A stretch of 32,000 nt of DNA from an uncultured archaeon. Its GTDB lineage: Archaea > Asgardarchaeota > Thorarchaeia > Thorarchaeales > Thorarchaeaceae. Shown in pieces: positions 27,901-32,000 of this stretch (position 1 is its first letter; each line of letters begins with the position of its first letter). Under the pieces are notes generated by a model that saw only the letters and a list, made by a program, of their open reading frames with translations, did no database searches and was not told the DNA's origin. Position numbers and translations under genes: made by a program. The DNA lies in contig CAZYLT010000001.1 of the NCBI GenBank assembly GCA_964648855.1, positions 1-32,000 on the forward strand, written 5' to 3'.

Positions 27901-28824
27901 TCTGATTTAGACCCGTCGTCATATGAGATACATGTGGATGGCAGCATTGTTCTAGACTCATCCTGGAATGGCTCCAACGTAGAATATGGTGTCGATGGTT
28001 TCTCCCTTGGTTCACACAGTGTTATGATTATCCTTCATGACTCTAGTGATAATTATGCAAGCGACACCGTCATTGTCTCTGTGACAGATACTATTGCCCC
28101 CACCATTGATTCGCCAGCAGACGTGGAATATGAACTGGGCTCGACAGGAAATTCAATAAGCTGGGATGTTTCTGACTTAAATCCCCAGACCTACAATATA
28201 CACAGGAATGGCATACTTATCAAGAGTAAATCTTGGGACGGTTCGAATATCGAATACAACGTTGATGGTCTTTCAGTTGGAGAGTACAACATCACACTGA
28301 CCATATGCGACCGAACAGGGAACCAAGCAAGCGATACAGTTACCGTTGAGGTAGTCGACACTGTCGTTCCAATTATCAGCTCTCCTGAAGACATCATATA
28401 CGAAGTGGGTACAACTGGCCATAGTGTTTCTTGGAATGTCAGTGATGCAGGAACAGTGACGTATGTCCTGCTGAGAAATGAAACGGTTCTTTATGACGGA
28501 AGTTGGAACGGGTCGCAGATTGTTGTTGATATAGATGCTCTCGTGCCGGGCATATACAACTTCACTTTGGTCGTTACAGATGAAGGAGATAATCAGGCAA
28601 GGGATTCAGTACTAGTGTCTGTGCTCCCAGATACTGATACTACAACGACTACAACCAGCACTACCACAACCGAGACAACATCAACTACAACCACGGGGAC
28701 AACACCGCCACCAGGTCCGAATCCGATGATGATAGCCTTAGCAGCTGGTGTTGCCATAGTGGGAATCGCTCTGATAGTGCTCCTCTTCATTGTTCCAAGA
28801 ATGAAACTCGAAGGGCGATTGTAA
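24994..28824 (+). CDS. Cell-surface glycoprotein with NosD/right-handed beta-helix repeats, 4 Ig-like repeats, Thr linker and TM anchor
   Basis: Signal peptide; GTAENPYRIEGL; many NNTxxxN..G repeats; two GNTVNGK inserts; four P.D..YE.G.GN.I.W modules (about 27550-28625); many NxS/T sequons. Confidence 0.9.
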   Translation: MKYKILLFLFALLVLRNAQAAGTHTSSSHATLDDRSFEAAYTPHDPISITSDSDFETQGWPGNGTAENPYRIEGLNITTNGHCIEITSTTVHYLIKNCLLSATNPTNNPGIYLFSAPNGTIQDCKMENHLSNVWLSVSDNCTFKNNTISETSNQGIKLWGSNQCAIINNTFANNSESAINLEQTSNSTIANNTFQNNGLVISNNDQIEYWITHDVSGNTVNGKELAYLKNLNNTKIDASTHGQTILVNCNNITLANGTYNNASRGIQFAFCTNTTIRNNTVLASKYGILQHSSPRSYVINNTARLNEFGFLLSSENMTASNNTATENRHGFYISGYNALISGNDAINNSQDGFWINTEESNFTQNVVSQNQVGLNLHYDDASNFAMNEVSNNSESGFYLNMVLGSTFLNNSISNSKHGMHITRDAYQCSLYNNSFQQCGMFLDVSSLREWIKSEDGNTVNGKTLGYFNGVTGTQIDGSQYGQLVIVDSSFVEVESGLYENATEGVSLLFSDNCTIRGTSSVDNSINTYRILRSQDCIFENNTAINSLNHGFNIRNSNHIHLENNTALGNAHHGFYSSYSDFIVFHNNTAKLNSDNGFHLAGVHWNTITDIALNQNTARNNTNYGFFVEYAVNCNLTNNLANDNGKCGFWIDSSTNLNLTGNRATQNANDGISIVETDNSYLQTNSATGNSFNGFSLENSDGWILTNNSAVANLLGFSFDSVVNYSLEENSAISNLYYGYNFAKSSNLNLTDNNATYNELTGFNFDDSDDCIALNNTVIQNGVGIELDDTSENNLFYSNSIGYNHHYNGFDDSQSTAWDNGTIGNCWSDYAGSGSYLVDGLATNVDNHPCILDLYAPRLNHPQDFSYELGAGGNSITWEASDLRLDSYVVYRNGSVIDSGSTDGVNLTVDVDGLDIGVYNYTISINDTLDKISIDSVFVTVFDSTSPEIDRPEDIDYELGATGNTINWNASDLDPSSYEIHVDGSIVLDSSWNGSNVEYGVDGFSLGSHSVMIILHDSSDNYASDTVIVSVTDTIAPTIDSPADVEYELGSTGNSISWDVSDLNPQTYNIHRNGILIKSKSWDGSNIEYNVDGLSVGEYNITLTICDRTGNQASDTVTVEVVDTVVPIISSPEDIIYEVGTTGHSVSWNVSDAGTVTYVLLRNETVLYDGSWNGSQIVVDIDALVPGIYNFTLVVTDEGDNQARDSVLVSVLPDTDTTTTTTSTTTTETTSTTTTGTTPPPGPNPMMIALAAGVAIVGIALIVLLFIVPRMKLEGRL

Positions 28825-28889
28825 GTTCGGATAGCCAATCAGAATAGAAAGCGAGTGATTTCATACGCCAATGTTAGGTCGATCTGAAT
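28802..28889 (+). repeat. Diverged direct repeat, copy 2
   Basis: Aligns with 24784-24870 and spans the last codons (KLEGRL-stop) plus the 3' UTR. Confidence 0.85.
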
Positions 28890-29041
28890 GGCTAGCTGAT
28901 ACTTCGTGAGGGGATGTTTTGTATCTTGCTGGAATTCCACAAAGAGTTATCTGAAGGCATTATTGAACTTCAGACTTCCAGAATATCCCGAATCCATTTC
29001 ATTTATCTATCGGAAATCGATAGTAGACAGGGCGAATATTC

Positions 29042-29455
29042 TTGGAAACGAAATTGGAACTCTCACGAGGTCTTGGTAAAACACTACTTGTATGGAGCCT
29101 AGGAAGTTTCATTGTTGGTTTGATTCTTTTCTTTACCACATTTCCAATAGTTCAGGGAATTGGTCTTCAGGCGATGTTATGGGCGGTCATTGATGGCATT
29201 GTTGCATCATACACCCTCTTCAAGCAGAAAGACGAACCAGCTGACAAACTAGCCAGGATTCTCAAAATAAACACTGGATTGGATGTCATCTATCAAGTTG
29301 TGGGAGTCCTGCTCGTAATCCTTGTGTGGCAAAATCCGTTCATTGTAGGCAATGGTGTGGGGGTTATCATACAAGGTGCGTTTCTATTCTTCCTCGATCT
29401 GCACTATTATCGCCGGTTCAAACCTCTAGCTTTGGAAGAAGAATCCCCCGAATGA
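29042..29455 (+). CDS. Conserved-looking 4-TM membrane protein
   Basis: Four hydrophobic helices with W..ID, INTGLDVIY and GVIIQGAFLFFLD motifs. Confidence 0.7.
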   Translation: METKLELSRGLGKTLLVWSLGSFIVGLILFFTTFPIVQGIGLQAMLWAVIDGIVASYTLFKQKDEPADKLARILKINTGLDVIYQVVGVLLVILVWQNPFIVGNGVGVIIQGAFLFFLDLHYYRRFKPLALEEESPE

Positions 29456-29556
29456 TATTATTAACCTTGTAATGATTTCCTCCCGTAATTAGAAAGACAC
29501 AAGTATAGCTTGTGCAACGAACGGCGTGGGCCACCATCGGCATCAGGAATAATGAC

Positions 29557-32000
29557 TTGAATCGGAAGTCCTTAACGATTATCGTTCTAATCATGATTTT
29601 GGGGGTATCTGTATTTGCTGCATTCCTTCTATTTCAGCAGAGCTCCATTCCTCCTACCCCTACAGACAAACCATCTACTCAGAGTAATGTGGTTTCGATA
29701 AGTGAAATACATTTCAACGAAACGCTAACAGTGGACCAGGAGTTCTTCGAATTATACATCCCCGCCCGCGAATCTGATATTAGTATAGCGAATTGGTATT
29801 TCACAACGTTTGATGAGGAAGGAATGATATCTCTGCCTTCTATTGCCAATCTAGATGGAGAGGTCTACATCGCCATATTCACAGGAGAAGGCACCGAGTA
29901 CCTGGATGCAAGTGATGGAACCGCGATTGTCTTTCTCCATTTAGAAGAAAGAATATTGGATCCCGAAGGCGATGAAATAGGTCTATTCGATAGCGAAGGA
30001 AATGTGATTGATTATCTTCGGTATGAAGGTGGCAATGGAGACCAGACATATTCTGGTTGGCAAGAAACTGATACGGGACCAATTCTTCCGGAAGGACACA
30101 CAGGCTCGGTCTCCCTTTTTGGCTATGACTCAAGTAATACGAGCAAGTGGTTGGAAAGCATACCATCGCCAGGCAAGCCCAATGTGTACAGCTTTTTCGC
30201 TCCTGAAACCGGATACACAGTAACAATAACAAACGGTCTACACCAGCCCTTCACTTTCCTAGGAATTGATGATTCCGCAATAGCGGAGAAGGGTGAGAAA
30301 GTTGATGCTTATCCAAAAGGAGGAGTCGATGAGAAGTATATCAAGAAAATAAAGGAGCACATTTCGTATAGTCTCGATTTCTATCACAAGAAAGGCTTCA
30401 CTAGAGGCCCAGCTACTTACAAGCCAGGAAAAATCAATGTCACTTTGCTAAATGGTACCACAACAGAAACGGTGGGAGCCGCATCCACAAAGGGGCATAT
30501 TGTCATCAAGATTGGAACAATCAAGAGTGATGCAGATTTGAAGTACGTCTGTGAGCACGAGCTGATGCACCTATTCCAGTTCAAAACAGAGAAGAAGGGG
30601 AATGATACCGTTGACCATGCACCAGTTGGAAACAAATTCTGGATAGAGGGTCAAGCCACCTATTGGGGTATTGAGTCCACACGTGCAAACTATAATCTGA
30701 CTCATGAACAAATACAGGATGAATTCAAGAGAGTTGGAGATCACAATTGGCATGAGCATTATACCGATTTGAACAGGTCCATATTCAAGGGATGGGGCGG
30801 CGGGTATTCAGACTATATGGGTTCCTATCTCTTCAACAAGTTCATAGCTGAGAAATTCGGAGAAGACAAACTCAAACAGATATTTGATGCTGCACAGGAC
30901 AATTTCAATAATAATTCCAGGGATGTCAGCCCGAAAGAAGCAATCGCACAGGTATTAGGAAAGACGTGGGAACAGGTGCTGACTGAGTTTCATGCGTGGA
31001 TGATGACCGCTGCTATAGAAGACAATGGCGTTCCTGAAAGAAAGGGTCACATCAATGTCACATACAGCAATGACACAGTTGGAGACAGCATAAAGGTGGG
31101 CTCCTATGCAGCTGGTGTTGAGAGAATCAAAGTGAACAGCACACAGCCTTTCAAAATCAAACTCAATGCACAAGCAGGAAGCAAGTGGAAAATTACAATC
31201 ATCTATGTCTATGAGGATGGAACAAGAAAGCAGATGATAGGGTCACCCTATGACCACGGCCCAAGCTATCCACATATTGCTGTCAATCCTGAGGGGCATG
31301 CAAAGAAGCTTGTGGAGGTCATCGCAATCAAGAGCCATGTTGAGGATTCGGTTGCGGGTATCAATATGACTGTGTCACCAATTCCTCGCCCAGGACCGGT
31401 GCAGATTACACCCAATGGAGGGCCATATTTCTTCGAATTGCCCTGGGGAGGCGGGAATAGCACTCCACTGAATTGGCCATGGGAAGTATTCTGGAACTTC
31501 TCATACTATCAGGATGATTTGAACTACACTATAAGAATCAATCACACCTCGGTAAAAATGGGCAGCGCATTCAATGTAACAATTGAATCGCCAAACGCGA
31601 CTGTCTTTGCGGAAACAGGAATCTGTGGAAACGGTCAAATCATAATCGACTTTGATCCGGAATATTTCTGGGGCTTTGGAGAATACAAAGTAACAGTGGC
31701 GCAATATAACTGGAGTTCTGAGATATATGGATCGTTAGAGATTCTAGAGAACTTGAGAGTAGGAGCTGTCGCGCAGAATCCAATTACAATAGTTCCCGAG
31801 GAACCTCAGGTGATCAACTCAGAAATATGGCAAACCAGTGAGGCTATCTGGTACAATCTCACGCTCATTCCTGATTTTGACTATACTTTGCTGCTGGAGA
31901 TTGATACCGGATTTGAAACAGAAGCAGATTGGTATATCGAAGCGTATAACTCCACCAATCTTGAAACTCCCTTTATCACGAGCCTAGGAGAGTATTCAGA
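29557..32000 (+). CDS. Membrane-anchored or secreted lamin-tail-domain plus gluzincin (HExxH) metallopeptidase, partial (runs off the window)
   Basis: Manual translation from TTG 29557 stays open to the end. N-terminal TM; ISEIHFN..EFFELY..DEIGLFDSEGNVIDYLRY..PSPGKPN (LTD); HELMH at 30556-30570; downstream FWIEGQA. Confidence 0.85.
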   Translation, partial: MNRKSLTIIVLIMILGVSVFAAFLLFQQSSIPPTPTDKPSTQSNVVSISEIHFNETLTVDQEFFELYIPARESDISIANWYFTTFDEEGMISLPSIANLDGEVYIAIFTGEGTEYLDASDGTAIVFLHLEERILDPEGDEIGLFDSEGNVIDYLRYEGGNGDQTYSGWQETDTGPILPEGHTGSVSLFGYDSSNTSKWLESIPSPGKPNVYSFFAPETGYTVTITNGLHQPFTFLGIDDSAIAEKGEKVDAYPKGGVDEKYIKKIKEHISYSLDFYHKKGFTRGPATYKPGKINVTLLNGTTTETVGAASTKGHIVIKIGTIKSDADLKYVCEHELMHLFQFKTEKKGNDTVDHAPVGNKFWIEGQATYWGIESTRANYNLTHEQIQDEFKRVGDHNWHEHYTDLNRSIFKGWGGGYSDYMGSYLFNKFIAEKFGEDKLKQIFDAAQDNFNNNSRDVSPKEAIAQVLGKTWEQVLTEFHAWMMTAAIEDNGVPERKGHINVTYSNDTVGDSIKVGSYAAGVERIKVNSTQPFKIKLNAQAGSKWKITIIYVYEDGTRKQMIGSPYDHGPSYPHIAVNPEGHAKKLVEVIAIKSHVEDSVAGINMTVSPIPRPGPVQITPNGGPYFFELPWGGGNSTPLNWPWEVFWNFSYYQDDLNYTIRINHTSVKMGSAFNVTIESPNATVFAETGICGNGQIIIDFDPEYFWGFGEYKVTVAQYNWSSEIYGSLEILENLRVGAVAQNPITIVPEEPQVINSEIWQTSEAIWYNLTLIPDFDYTLLLEIDTGFETEADWYIEAYNSTNLETPFITSLGEYS

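Noticed and set aside
28636-28705. ACN-rich low-complexity tract (similar tract at about 1265-1310)
   Set aside because: It encodes the Thr-rich linker of a surface protein and is not a DNA repeat element.
29879-31704. Short ORF-track entries in the last 2.2 kb, and other short antisense ORFs throughout the window
   Set aside because: They are shadows of longer, motif-bearing genes.

Overview
Archaeal chromosomal segment, most likely from an Asgard archaeon and probably Thorarchaeia-like. That assignment is inferred from TATA-type promoters, GGAGG/GGTGA ribosome-binding sites and large Thr-linker/TM-anchored NosD-Ig surface proteins. The left edge has a one-spacer CRISPR mini-array with a leader (37-bp repeat ending ATTGAAAC; no cas genes in the window), facing a uvrB gene truncated after 93 codons. 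Next come a GldG/IFT52(GIFT)-like surface protein, two coupled PLP aminotransferases, TPR and EFR1-like ferredoxin genes, and a P2-like P-type ATPase whose ion-binding residues are rewired (M4 PINIP instead of PEGLP, resembling the PISL of P4 lipid flippases; M6 N->V and D->H). The middle holds panB, DUF1858, an MBL hydrolase, an SCP2 protein, glnA divergent from an Lrp regulator, two Cys-less thiolase-fold genes with two DUF35 genes, a ThiF/MoeB E1-like gene divergent from a MoaD/SAMP-like gene, and a YhhN lysoplasmalogenase. The right end has a 1276-aa beta-helix/Ig surface protein flanked by a diverged ~88-bp direct repeat that appears to fold the same way in both copies, and a lamin-tail-domain/HExxH metallopeptidase that the ORF track missed and that runs off the window edge. 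All family calls come from motif recognition by eye; no database search was run.
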